Shown here piece after piece: positions 22,734-34,473 of a stretch of 64,000 nt of DNA (its first letter is position 1; each line of letters begins with the position of its first letter). The DNA comes from Histomonas meleagridis 2922-C6/04-290x (taxonomy: Eukaryota; Protista; Parabasalia). Position numbers and translations under genes: made by a program. The stretch covers positions 186,001 through 250,000 of the forward strand of contig JAANOX010000207.1 of the NCBI GenBank assembly GCA_020184695.1, in the 5' to 3' direction. Below the pieces are notes generated by a model that was not told the DNA's origin, did no database searches, and was given only the letters and a program-made list of their open reading frames with translations.

Positions 22734-23321
22734 TCAATTACAACATGTTTTGTTAGTATTGTCATTCATCTGTAGTTCAGGATATTTTCGATTTATGTTT
22801 AAATCTTGGCCATAAAATTCTGAAGCTTTCCGAGCTAAAAAATTAAATAAATCTGAAACTCCTTCTCCCGTTAAAGAACTTGTTTCCATGTAATCGCATC
22901 CTAATGCTCTTGCCTTTGCTTCAGCTTCTTGTGATGTAACAACTCTTGTTTGGATATCAATTTTCGATCCAACCAAAACTACATATGGAACCATACCTGT
23001 GGATGCTTGCAGTGTTTCGGTCCATTTATCTATTCCATCGAAAGAACTTTTATCATCAACAGCAAAAACAATAATTGCACAAAATGCATCTCTAAAATAT
23101 AAAGGTACTAAAGACTTGAATTTTTCTTGACCTGCTGTATCCCAAATCTGCAATTTATAAAGATTTCCGTCGACATCATAATCTTTTTCAAAATAACATG
23201 AACCAATTGTTGGGGTTTGGTTTTTCTCGAAGGTATCTTCTATCTCGCGCTTTATCAAAGAGGATTTCCCAACTCGAGTGTCTCCAATAAAAACGATTTT
23301 TATCGATGGGGATTGATCCAT
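22734..23321 (-). CDS. Rab-family GTPase (Rab5/21-like or divergent)
   Basis: GDTRVGKS, PTIG, WDTAGQEKFKSLVPLYFRDA, GSKID, ETSS, C-terminal CCN. Confidence 0.92.
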   Translation of the reverse strand: MDQSPSIKIVFIGDTRVGKSSLIKREIEDTFEKNQTPTIGSCYFEKDYDVDGNLYKLQIWDTAGQEKFKSLVPLYFRDAFCAIIVFAVDDKSSFDGIDKWTETLQASTGMVPYVVLVGSKIDIQTRVVTSQEAEAKARALGCDYMETSSLTGEGVSDLFNFLARKASEFYGQDLNINRKYPELQMNDNTNKTCCN

Positions 23322-23914
23322 TATGTAATAAAAAACCGCAAAATTATGTTAAAAAATTACAATTTAAAAGTGACGCATAATAATTGAAATTAACTTTTTG
23401 ACAAGGATCCTTGTTTGATTGTTAACTGTTATATTAAAAAATTTGAATTTACTTCTTAACTTTTTTAATAATTTACACATTATAATAAAATAAAATCATT
23501 GGTTTGTAGTTCAAGGTTTCACGTAAAAGTTATAAATAGAGTCCTTAAGAAAAGTTTATCATCTTTTATCTTTATTCTTAATGCTTAACTTTGCATTTTT
23601 TAGATCATAAGATTTCAGGAAAAATCTCAATTATTTGTCCTTACCTACAATTTTCGAATATGCCAACAACTTTTATTGAAGATTTATCAATTTTTTTTGA
23701 AAAAATTTAACTTTTATAAGTGATAATTAAATCTGATTAAATTTTGGAATGACATTCCAGTTGTAAATTCTCACAAAAACAAAAAAAATTATCCAATGAC
23801 CTAATAAAGTATGGCAAATCATAACAAACCACAAACTCACAAGACGAATTCCGATCCTTAAAAAGATTTTAATTCAAATTTTCAACGACGAGAAAAAAAC
23901 AAAAAATTTAGTTA

Positions 23915-25012
23915 CTATTCAAAATCGCAAGGACTTGGCCTTCTTGGAGTTACAAGGAACTGATTTCTTCCAGCATCCACAACAGAGGTTCCAAGCTTGG
24001 AGCTGTTTGGAAATATGAACTTATTTGGACAAAAGAAAATTGGAGATGATTCTCCCCCTTCTCTTGGATCTTTCCAATGAAGATTTGTCTCTATATTACT
24101 AATGACATCATCGCAATCACCAATTAGTTCTGCGTTGAAAACGCAATCTACACATTCTCGATTGATCAAAATCGAAGGAACATCAGAGAACATTGATGGT
24201 AAGTCTGCTATCGGTTTGACCTTCAGCGAAGTCCCAATGACAATGAGCAAGTCTGCTTGTGTTGAATCTTGGAATGCTTCCATATCATCAAAATTCGTAT
24301 CTTGGCCAAAGAAAACGATTCCTGGCTTAATGAATCCACCACATGAAACACATCGTGGAACGACGCGCGCATTTATTGCAGGTCTCAAATCTTCTATTGA
24401 ATATGATTGACCACACATAACGCAATGATTTTCTCGCCATGAACCATGTACACATCTGAGTCTTTCAGGAGGTAGTCCTTTCTCAAGTGTATCAACATTT
24501 TGGCTATACACACGAAGTAATTTTCCTTGTTGTTCAAGAGCCTCTATGAAATAATGAACTGATGAATACTGTGGTGTTTCTGATGGAAATATTAAGTGTG
24601 CAACGCTCCAAAATATAGAAGGGTTATGAGAAAAACATTGATAATCAAATACATCATAAGGATCATTAAGAACGCCCATTTGCGCAACTGTATCATAGAG
24701 CCCACCAGGAGATCGAAAATCTGGTCCAGTACTTGCTCCTGCACCCATAAGAATAACGATATTTTTTGCCTGATAAATCAGGTTATAAACCGTCCCAATG
24801 TCTGAAATATGTTCCTTAACTCGACCACGTCTTTCCAAATCCCTCTGTGATGCAATTTGGAAGATAAGTTGCCACAAATTTTCCTCAGATACACCTAAAA
24901 AAGAAGCGGCCTCTGAATGATCCTTTCCGAGGAGGTCACAGAGTAGATCTTTAGGGTCTGCTCCATGCTCATAAGCCTCGAAAACAGTATTTTTCAACGA
25001 GATCGTTTCCAT
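23915..25012 (-). CDS. Sir2-family NAD-dependent deacetylase (class I-like)
   Basis: GAGASTGPDFRS, YSQNVDTLE, HGS, CxxC...CxxC, KPGIVFFG, GTSLKV, INRE; first ATG at 25012. Confidence 0.92.
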   Translation of the reverse strand: METISLKNTVFEAYEHGADPKDLLCDLLGKDHSEAASFLGVSEENLWQLIFQIASQRDLERRGRVKEHISDIGTVYNLIYQAKNIVILMGAGASTGPDFRSPGGLYDTVAQMGVLNDPYDVFDYQCFSHNPSIFWSVAHLIFPSETPQYSSVHYFIEALEQQGKLLRVYSQNVDTLEKGLPPERLRCVHGSWRENHCVMCGQSYSIEDLRPAINARVVPRCVSCGGFIKPGIVFFGQDTNFDDMEAFQDSTQADLLIVIGTSLKVKPIADLPSMFSDVPSILINRECVDCVFNAELIGDCDDVISNIETNLHWKDPREGGESSPIFFCPNKFIFPNSSKLGTSVVDAGRNQFLVTPRRPSPCDFE

Positions 25013-25608
25013 TTGGAGACACACCCCCTCAATTTCGGGTCTAACCACAACTTTTTTAATAAAACCGTATCTTATTCCTCAAATCAGAAATTTTCCATCA
25101 CAAAAATGTTTGGCCAAACGTCTGGAATTTGGCAACTTTATTCCTTTTAGACCCTTCGGTTTTGAATATTTTTTAACGTTTTGCGTTAACAGCTTATCGC
25201 TTTCACTTTTTGATTTCGAAAAATGTTTCGAACAGAAATCACATGATACACATGACACTATCGACTGATAATAAACTTTACCAAGAACAAGAAGTAAATA
25301 TCCGATCTTAAGTCACTAAGCCTACAAAATTTTCGGTCTTAAGGTCAATTGACAACTTTAATGGATCAACAATATTGTTTCTTCAACCGACGATTATTTT
25401 CCATCCAAAATGTTTATAACCGTAGAATGTTTGAATAATAAATCACGCTGTTTTAAAACTACTTCAACTCTAAATTCCGCAGAAGAAACCTTTAAATAGT
25501 TCAAATTAATGCTTAACGGCAAAACATCCATTTTAATTTATCTTATTTATATATATTTAAATATCTCATCTATTTAACATTGCCAATTTTAAAGAAACCA
25601 AACAGCAT

Positions 25609-27168
25609 TTATTTACACAATATCTTTTCCACCTTTATGCTTACTCCTCCTGACGCACCTCCCGTCACATCTTTACCCGTAATTTTCAACAATCCGTTTT
25701 TATCTATTGCCAAAACGACTTCAATTTTGGGGTCGGAATTATTGTTTGGTCTTTTTAATCCTGTTAAACGAAATTTCCCCAAAAGATCGTTTTTATTTGT
25801 TTTCTTATTTTCTCCGGCAAAAACTTTAATTTCTACTGTCTGCTTCGAACTATCGATTGGAGCATAATATGTTGGTCTTGCTGTAAATGGAATTTTTGTT
25901 CCTCGTTCAATTATAACATCCATATCACCTTGATTTATCTCCAAACCAATTGAACGCGGCACAACTGATGTTATATTAATTATAGGGAATTCTTGATCAT
26001 TCGCAGCATCTATTGCAGCACCTTGTACAACTGCTTTTTCAGGATCGATATTCTTTGTAAGTATTTTCCCATTAAAGAAATCCGAAAGTGTTTTCCTCAC
26101 TTGTGGAATTCGTGATGTACCTCCAATTAAAATAATTTCATCGATATCTTTTTTCTGAATGTGCAATTGATTTAATATATCATCGATTGGAAGTAACATC
26201 CGCTCAAAGATTTCACGATTTATTTCGTCGAATTGTGCACGTGTAATCGGTTTCATATAATCAATTCCTTTATGTAATGATGCAATTGATATTGTGGCGT
26301 TTGTTGTTTGTGATAAGATAATTTTCGCTTTTTCACATGCTATTCGTAATAAATGTAGAGCCCGTTTATCTTCGTGGATATTACATTTAAATTCTTGGTC
26401 AAATAATTCGGCAAAATATTCAACTAAATTATTATCAAAATCTTGGCCTCCAAGATGTGTGTCGCCTGACGTTGCAAGGACTTCAAAGTTATTCTCCATG
26501 ATTTTTAACAGCGATAAATCAAGTGTACCACCGCCAAAATCAAAAATCAATACTTTTTTGGAAATGTGAATTGGATCTTTAAGACCATATGCAATGGCTG
26601 CTGCCGTTGGTTCATCAATAGTACGTAATACATTAATTTTTGCAAGTTTCCCCGCTTCCATAATGGCTTCACGTTGAGTCGTATTATAATACGCAGGAAC
26701 TGTAATGACAGCATCAATAGTATCATTTGGATCTAACGTAAGGTAATCGTCAGCAATGCTTTTCATATGGTTTAAAATAAATGATGATATTTGTATTGCA
26801 GAATATAGTTTTTTTGGTTCATTCTCTAACTGCACCTCAATCATAGGCATGCCATCTTGACCACAAATCACTGTGAATGGCCAGTGTTTTATATCGTCTT
26901 GAATACAAGGATCATTATATGTTCGACCAATCATACGCTTAGAATCATATATTGTAGATTTTGGATAAAGCGCTGCTTGGTCTTTAGCTGGTTGTCCTAC
27001 AACCATCAAATCACTTTCTTGAATTGACACATAAGACGGTGTTGAAAAATTGCCATTATTATTCGTGAGTATTTCAGCTCTTCCATTTTCCCATATACAA
27101 ATACTGCTATATGTTGTACCAAAATCAATCCCAATATTATGTTTTTTTGGCTCACTTCTTTTTCGCAT
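25609..27168 (-). CDS. Hsp70-family protein (NBD plus beta-sandwich SBD, no helical lid or EEVD)
   Basis: GIDFGTTYS, AVITVPAYY, EPTAAAIAYG, DFGGGTLD, LGGQDFD, LIGGTSRIP; ends shortly after the SBD-beta. Confidence 0.9.
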   Translation of the reverse strand: MRKRSEPKKHNIGIDFGTTYSSICIWENGRAEILTNNNGNFSTPSYVSIQESDLMVVGQPAKDQAALYPKSTIYDSKRMIGRTYNDPCIQDDIKHWPFTVICGQDGMPMIEVQLENEPKKLYSAIQISSFILNHMKSIADDYLTLDPNDTIDAVITVPAYYNTTQREAIMEAGKLAKINVLRTIDEPTAAAIAYGLKDPIHISKKVLIFDFGGGTLDLSLLKIMENNFEVLATSGDTHLGGQDFDNNLVEYFAELFDQEFKCNIHEDKRALHLLRIACEKAKIILSQTTNATISIASLHKGIDYMKPITRAQFDEINREIFERMLLPIDDILNQLHIQKKDIDEIILIGGTSRIPQVRKTLSDFFNGKILTKNIDPEKAVVQGAAIDAANDQEFPIINITSVVPRSIGLEINQGDMDVIIERGTKIPFTARPTYYAPIDSSKQTVEIKVFAGENKKTNKNDLLGKFRLTGLKRPNNNSDPKIEVVLAIDKNGLLKITGKDVTGGASGGVSIKVEKILCK

Positions 27169-27335
27169 AAAGATGGCAAAAACTGAAATATTCGAAAGAG
27201 CACTTTTCAATCCACGTTTTACTGCGAACAAGCCGTTCCAATGTAGTAAAAATTGCTCACATTAAAAAAGATCTTCCAATTCATTGATCTCAGGAAAATA
27301 AAAAACATTTTCAGTAATCTTTTATTTCCAAGACA

Positions 27336-27600
27336 TTATTTTGAGTTCCTGGCTTCTAACATGTTAGTATTAAGGAAGATTCGTTGTTTCAACTCCTTTA
27401 AAATTTGGCTGTTCTTCACTTTTTTGATGTTTTTTTGAATACAAATTAATGATATAGTGATTAATAAAACAATGGTAACTACACCTGCAGCAACTCCAAC
27501 ACCAATATAAACCTGTGTTTTATTGCTTTTAGTATCACTAATATATATTGATGGTTTATTCACTATTTCCTTTCCACCAAATTTCAAAACAATGTTTAAA
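27336..27600 (-). pseudogene. Orphan C-terminal transmembrane/cytosolic tail of a BspA-like surface protein
   Basis: KFGGKEIV...YIGVGVAAGVVTIVLLITISLICI followed by a basic tail; no upstream body. Confidence 0.55.
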
Positions 27601-28133
27601 ACTTTAAAATTTATATTTTTTTAGTGAGAATACATAGAAATTGGTATTTCTTTTTTCATAATATATATACGAAAACATGAAAAGATTATATAAACAAAAT
27701 TATTACAAAAATGCAATTCATCTTAAATAGTATTAACGAAATTTACATAGATATATAAAATGTGAAATAATAATTGCTTACAACACAATTTCCAATATTT
27801 CTAGATGACTCATGTGTTTGAGATTTACCCTTATCTGAAGTTTGATGGAAAATTGTTTTTAAAAAAAGAAAATAATTACATGAAAATTTATCAGATAAAT
27901 TTGATTTAAAATTTAAATATTTTGATCTTAACATATATTTTACGATGGAGTAGACACTTAATAAAAATTTTTTGGATATTTTATGTGTATATATATTAGA
28001 AAAATTACAAAATTTCTGAAGGGACATCACCAAGAGCAGGAACTGCTCTACAGTGTCCTCCGTTTATTAAATAAGTCGAAGACAGACAAACAAACATTTA
28101 TTAACTCATTCATAACTTCTTTGTTAAAGATTT

Positions 28134-28183
28134 TTTTTTTTTTTTTGTTTGTTTGTTTGTTTGTTTTGTTTTGTTTTGTTTTG

Positions 28184-28218
<35 letters not shown>

Positions 28219-28220
28219 TC
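28134..28220. repeat. (TTTG)n/(TTTTG)n microsatellite
   Basis: Direct reading of the sequence. Confidence 0.9.
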
Positions 28221-28272
28221 GACTGGTATTTTGTGTTAAAATCTCCACTTCATTTTTATTAGAGCAATACAA

Positions 28273-29524
28273 ATGTTTGCTCTTTTATTTTATATTCTTA
28301 TAGTTCCAACTTTAGAGATCGATTTCAATAAGTTATTAACTTACAATACAGAATGAAACTGATTTTCAGAGTGCAAAAGAAGATGCAGCAAGAACATTAA
28401 TTGTAGTAATTGCTGATGAAATTACATCAATACCAAACGCAGCATTTAGAAATTGGGAGAATCTAACTTTGGTTAAAATTGGGAAATCAGTAACTATAAT
28501 TAATCGCTCAGCATTTTGGGAGTGTTTCAATTTATCACAAGTTATTTTTGGTGAAAAAATTAGTACTATTTCTTATGGCGCTTTTTTAAGGTGCAGAAAA
28601 TTAAAAGAATTTTCTTTGAAGAAATTCTCAAGAAAATCGAGAAGAAAGCATTTGCTAATTGTTCATCACTTGAAAGTATTAAATTATCAAATTCAGTTTC
28701 TACAATAGAAGAGCAAGCATTTTCTGAATGTACTAAATTAGTAAATGTCAGTTTAGGAGAAAGTATAACTACAATTAATGTATCTACTTTTAATAAATGT
28801 TCTTCACTTGAAAAAATTAAATTATCAAATTCAATAATCACAATTGAAGTACATGCATTTTATGAATGCATAAAATTAAAAGAAATTGGTTTTGGAAAAA
28901 AACATAAAGAAAATTGGTTTAGGCGCATTTGCTTCTTGTGATTCTCTTCAAAAAGTTGAAATTCCAAATTCGGTAACTTTAATTGATAATGTATCATTTG
29001 CTTTATGTTATAATTTATCAACACTTTTTTTAGGAGAAAATGTATCTTCAATCGGATTTAAAGCAATTTGGAATTTTTCTTCTCTTTCATGCATTTATTT
29101 TTATGGTAAGAAAGAACCTAATGTAAATGAAACTGCATTTGATGGATGTCCTGCAACAACTGTAATGATTTTGAATTCTAATAATATTATAAAGTTTGGT
29201 AAACTTAATGTATCAATTGGAACTACAATTAAAGAATGCGGTGAATGGCCAACAAGTACATTTACACAATTGAACACATTTACAAAACCAAATACATTTA
29301 CGACAACAACCTCAATTATACAATCAAACACAAATACACAATCAAACATACCATCTAGTTCAATAGAATCAAAATCCAAATCAAATACCACAGCAATCGT
29401 AGTTGGTGTAACTGTACCTGCTTTACTAGTTTTAATTGGTGTTTTAGTAACAATTTTCGTTATTAGATCCCGAATGAAAAAACTACAAGTCTTCAGTAAT
29501 TTTATAAGTTTTACAGTAATATAG
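28273..29524 (+). pseudogene. BspA-like LRR surface protein, frameshifted (signal peptide, LRRs, Thr-rich stalk, TM)
   Basis: MFALLFYILIV... at 28273; LRR segments distributed over three frames (ORFs 28469, 28591, 28886); TM IVVGVTVPALLVLIGVLVTIFVI. Confidence 0.85.
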
Positions 29525-29799
29525 CCCTTAAAAATTAAAGAAAATCCAAAGTTCTTTAAAACATAAATAAATGCAATTATTGCTTCAATATTTTTGAAAT
29601 TTAACAAAATTAACTTCTTATGTGTTGAACGAATAAGATTGGTTTCTTCATTTGAAAGTCCTTGTAATTCACCAAAAAGAACAATTTTTTGATTACCATG
29701 GTGTCTTACAATTAACCCCGAATGGCGTTCTTGGACAATAAATCATGGTTTGATGATCCCATGGGATGGGTCACACGGTTACCAGGATGAAATTGTTTT

Positions 29800-30320
29800 T
29801 GTATTTGTATTTATATGCAGAAAATTTATTTGATTGTATAAATGTATTTGTTTCAGTTGATGTGAAAGTTTTTGTTAGGATTGCGATCCAGTAATTGTTT
29901 TTTTGGTTATATTTAGATCTCCAAAAGTTTTGCTTTGATACGTTTCGTATACCATAACAGATTTTGCTAAAACACCATCATAATCAATGTTTGGTTTTTT
30001 TCTTGGGAGCTTTTATGAATTGAAGTTCGTAACAGCCAAAAAAAGGTGTTGATAATATCATTGTGCTTGAAATTGTTACATTCCGAAGCTCGACACCCAA
30101 TATCTTTTATCCCTTCCCCAAATGAAACATACCAGTATCGAACATGAATCATACGACTTTCTCCAATAGAGGTTACAACAGTAAGCAATGAATTACATTC
30201 ACTAAATGGTTTACTTGGAATTGTTGTTATTCCATTTGAAATGACAATATGCTTTGTTTTGCATTTGTATTGTTGTGTAAACTCACTTGCATTAGAAATA
30301 TGATGTTGACATGGTTTCAT
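29800..30320 (-). pseudogene. Degraded BspA-like fragment
   Basis: HIVISNGITTIPSKPFSECNSL and VSFGEGIKDIG LRR pieces; TFTSTETNTF stalk-like piece near 29850. Confidence 0.55.
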
Positions 30321-30999
30321 TGAAAATTTGAAGCGAATGAGAAAATAAGAGAATGAATAATATGAGAATATATTTAATATTTATTTTTCCTTTGATTTGA
30401 TGAGTATATAATTTTGTAAATATTTAAAAAGAATCAAAAAGAACGAAAAAAAAAAAGAACAAAAAAAAAAAAAAAACATGAAAGTGAAGAAGATAAATAA
30501 ATATACACTTGTTTAAAATTACTTTTTTGATAAAATCATTTTTAAAATTATGTTTGTAACTATATATTGGTATTCACAAAGTATTTTTCTTGATCATTGG
30601 GAAATGATACAACATATCATGTGATTTCTAAGCAGCCAAGATTTTTTTTGACTGAAAATAAACAAATCTTTTATCAAAAAAAAACACCTTTTCAAATTTT
30701 TCTAAGTATGTCTTTATCTATCCAGAATATAAATTATAACAATACATTTTTATTAGGGCAAATACCAAAAGGATTTTTTTCCGATTTTAACGCCATTTTA
30801 ATTAAAATAAACCCCTTTTGCTTAAAAGCACACCTTCATTAATTCTAACATTTGATTTAAGAGCCTAATTCTTATTTATCTGGAATTAAAATATTTTATT
30901 TCATCAAATAGTATTTTTCATTTGTCTCATTTTTTAAAACTTATCGAATCAGAACTATATTTTATTTATTTATCGTTTCAAATGTGGTATTTTAATCGG

Positions 31000-33700
31000 A
31001 TTCGTTCTTCCTGCTTTTTTTCTTTTTTCTCCATGTGCTTACTAAAGCTTCGAATGTCGTCAAGAGTTTTATATGTATAGGCGATAGTATGGAAAAGATA
31101 TTCATCGATTCCGCCATTTTTACAGTCGGAATAGTCGACAATTTTCCACAGGCACCGACGATTCCGCATAATTTGTCACATTTTCTGCCCAATTTTCGGT
31201 CATATTTTTATTACGAAAATGTACATAATGTTCAGGGCCGAACTTTTCTCTTAAGACTTTATACGAATATACCAAAGTTTTCAAGTCATACGGATCATTT
31301 CCATATATAACCATTACTCCGCAACAATTAAACTCAGCATTTGATACATATATTTGGAAGTAATCATCGTTATTCGAAAACTTTAAATGATTTTCAACAT
31401 GTTCACATACATATTCTTTTCTTTGTATTATAAGTTTTGTACCTTCTTTAACGGAATCGATGTATTTTTCCTTTAAAAAGTTTTGTCTTTCTTTAGACAT
31501 TTTACGCCATATTACTTTACACTTTTCTAATTCTTCATTTAATATTTCTTTATTAGTTTGAATATATTTTATAACATTTTGGTATATGTTTTGAACAATT
31601 TCTTTATTAAGTTTTTGATATTTTTGTAGTTCATTAATGTACTCAAAACCTACAAATGATATAATTTTCGATGTATATTTTTCATTACTAAATTAAGTAA
31701 ATTTCCATGTGTTTTAGTTAATGTTTTACCAATAAATTCATAATGTTGTTTTAATATGATATCATTAGCTAAAAATTGTATAAATAATTCATTTTGTGTT
31801 ATAACTTTCCTAAATATTGTACAATATTTAAGGATTTTCGTCCATTTATATTCTTTCATATTAAATATATCAGAAAACAATTATTTGAAATGGACAAAAA
31901 TCTTTCGAATTAAACATAAGTTTATCATATTCTTTTTCGTTTTCAACTTCTTCAGGTCTTTCTCTTTTAGGTAATTTATTAAATACAATTTGGAATTCAT
32001 CAATTGCTTGAGAAAATCGTTCAATATAAAGTTGTGAGATATCAATAAAGAAATTATAAATGTTTTTGGTATAAAAATCAAATTTTTGATTTAATAAAAA
32101 TCGAAAATCTAATTTTTCATATCATTGATAAACAATTTTCGTGTTTGAAAATGATCTTTCAATTTGTTTCATTACAAATTGTGAAAATACTTCTTTTATA
32201 AATTGTTGTTTAAATATTATTAATTCTTCATGAATTTGTTTCGATGGAACTGATAAAATATGTGGATTTAAAAACGCTGGATGTATTAAACCATTTTCAT
32301 TAGTTATATTTTCGGATTTAAGATCATTAATATTCATATAACATTCCGAAAGTTTCGCTGACATTTCTTTATAATATTTTAATGTTTGAATTTCTTTTGG
32401 ATATTTGTATTTAAGATTAACATCATGATAATAATCACATTCGAAGATTGGTTCCATTATCATTTGCTTAAGAGAATCTTCTTTTGAATATATATAAGTT
32501 GTAGGGACATATTCATTATATGGAATTCTTCCAATTTTTTCATATACATTTTTAATAATTTTGAATCGTTCTATTTCTAAATCTGTAAATTCTTGTGGAT
32601 AAGGAAATTCTTCGGATTCTAATTTCTTCGCTTCAAAATTCTTTAAAATTTCTTCTTTTTCTTTTATAACTTTTCTAACTTCTTCATTATCAAATATCAC
32701 AGGACATTTTGTTTTATATGCTTCTTCAAGTCGAGTTAATTGTTCTATAACAACTTGACTTGGCTATGGTGACATTTGAAGGAATCTGAGATGTCGTTTA
32801 TAACTAACAAGAAATTCATCAACAAATCGTTTTGTTTCTGGACTTGGATTTAATGCTGGTATTTGACGTGCAGATCGTTCTGCTTCAAATTTTTCACGTG
32901 AAATTCGTTCCTTTTCTGCTCGTTCTCGTGCAATTCTTTCCGATTCGATTTTCTTCGCTTCAATGTTCTTTAATATTTCTTCTTTTTCTTTTATAACTTT
33001 TATAACTTCTTCATTTTCAAATATCACAGGACATTTTGTTTTATATGTTCCTTCAAGTCGAGATAATTGCTCGATAACAACTTGACTTGGCTTTGGCGAT
33101 CTTTGGAGGAATCCGAGATTTCGTTTATAGTTAGTAAGAAATTCCTGAATTGAAACATTTGTTTCTGCAATTTGTAATGTTTTATTATCATTCGTTTTCT
33201 TAATAGCATTTTCTACATCGAGCATAAATTGCTTTAAAGGTTCAAATTTTATATTGCTCAAATTTTGGATTTTTTTCTATTTCTTCTTTTGCATTCAGTA
33301 ATTTATTATAACTATTTATAATTTGAGTATGATTTTGTGTATCTGATACTTTCTCATATTCGATTAAGACATTATTATATTTCTTAAATATTTTTTCGGC
33401 CTCAACTTTGAAGTTTTTACAATTTATAATCATTTCAATATTATCATTAAACTCAACTGCAATTTTTTGACATTCAAGTACTTCTTGTAATTTATTTGCA
33501 GGATAATATATGAGATCATCAAATTTATCATTGTAATTCATTATTATTTGAAGATTGGTTTGAATTTGTCGGAAAACTGTTGGTTTGATTTCAACATGTT
33601 CTGAATTTTTGATTGCTTCGAGCATTATTTCCTTGTTTTTGACAATAAATGACATCTTGCCTGCAAAAAGAGAAATTTTGGAATACCTTGGGAATGATTC
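31000..33700 (-). pseudogene. Large decayed gene of unknown family with a 327-nt (109-codon) internal duplication
   Basis: Co-oriented ORF pieces 33242-33655, 32764-33261, 32122-32700, 31881-32081, 31650-31880, 31120-31500; two copies of SQVVIEQL.RLE..YKTKCPVIF.NEEV.KVIKEKEEILKN. Confidence 0.6.
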
Positions 33701-34473
33701 TTCAATTTGTTATTGATTTTCATAGATATTTTTGAGTAAGCATTAAATACACTCGTGATTTGTTGCTTTGTTGTTTGCTTTGGAGGCATATCTCAATAAA
33801 AATCAAATAAACATTTTTTTTATTATCAAAAAGTCAACATCAAACCCAAAATGGTATTGAAAAATTCAATGGAACCTTCAAAAAGTGTACAAGGTTATTT
33901 TCGAGAACTCATGAGTTGAGTTAATGCAAATATATCAATATTTACAACAAAACACACAAAACTTAGCGAAAGCTTACAAGCCCAGGCTTTAAACATTGTA
34001 CTTAGTCAAAAAATGAAAAGTTAACGTTAATTGATTTAACGTGTTATTAATCAAGGGCAATGTCACTTTAATCACATCTTTTTTTAATGCAATAATGATA
34101 ATATGTTTCAATAAGTTTTTGAAATTTCAAATCGCTACTTTCTTTATAATTATATTCACTGTTATAACAGATATATACTTATTTTTCGTCTTTCTTCATC
34201 AATACTTTACATAATTTTCTTCAATCAACTTTTAAAAAATGTGTTTTTCAATTTTTCATTCACTTCTAATAACTTATTCAGTAATTATTTGAAAATTATT
34301 ATGTTTGTGATTTTGATTTTAGGCTGGGCATTATATGAATTAATTCATATAATTTTTTAAGTGGAAGGGCACAAATTTTCTGTTCAAAATATTTATCACT
34401 TCGAAAAATTCTTAATTTTCATTATGTATTCAAAAAGCTTTTTCATTACAATTTTATAAATCATAATATTGTT

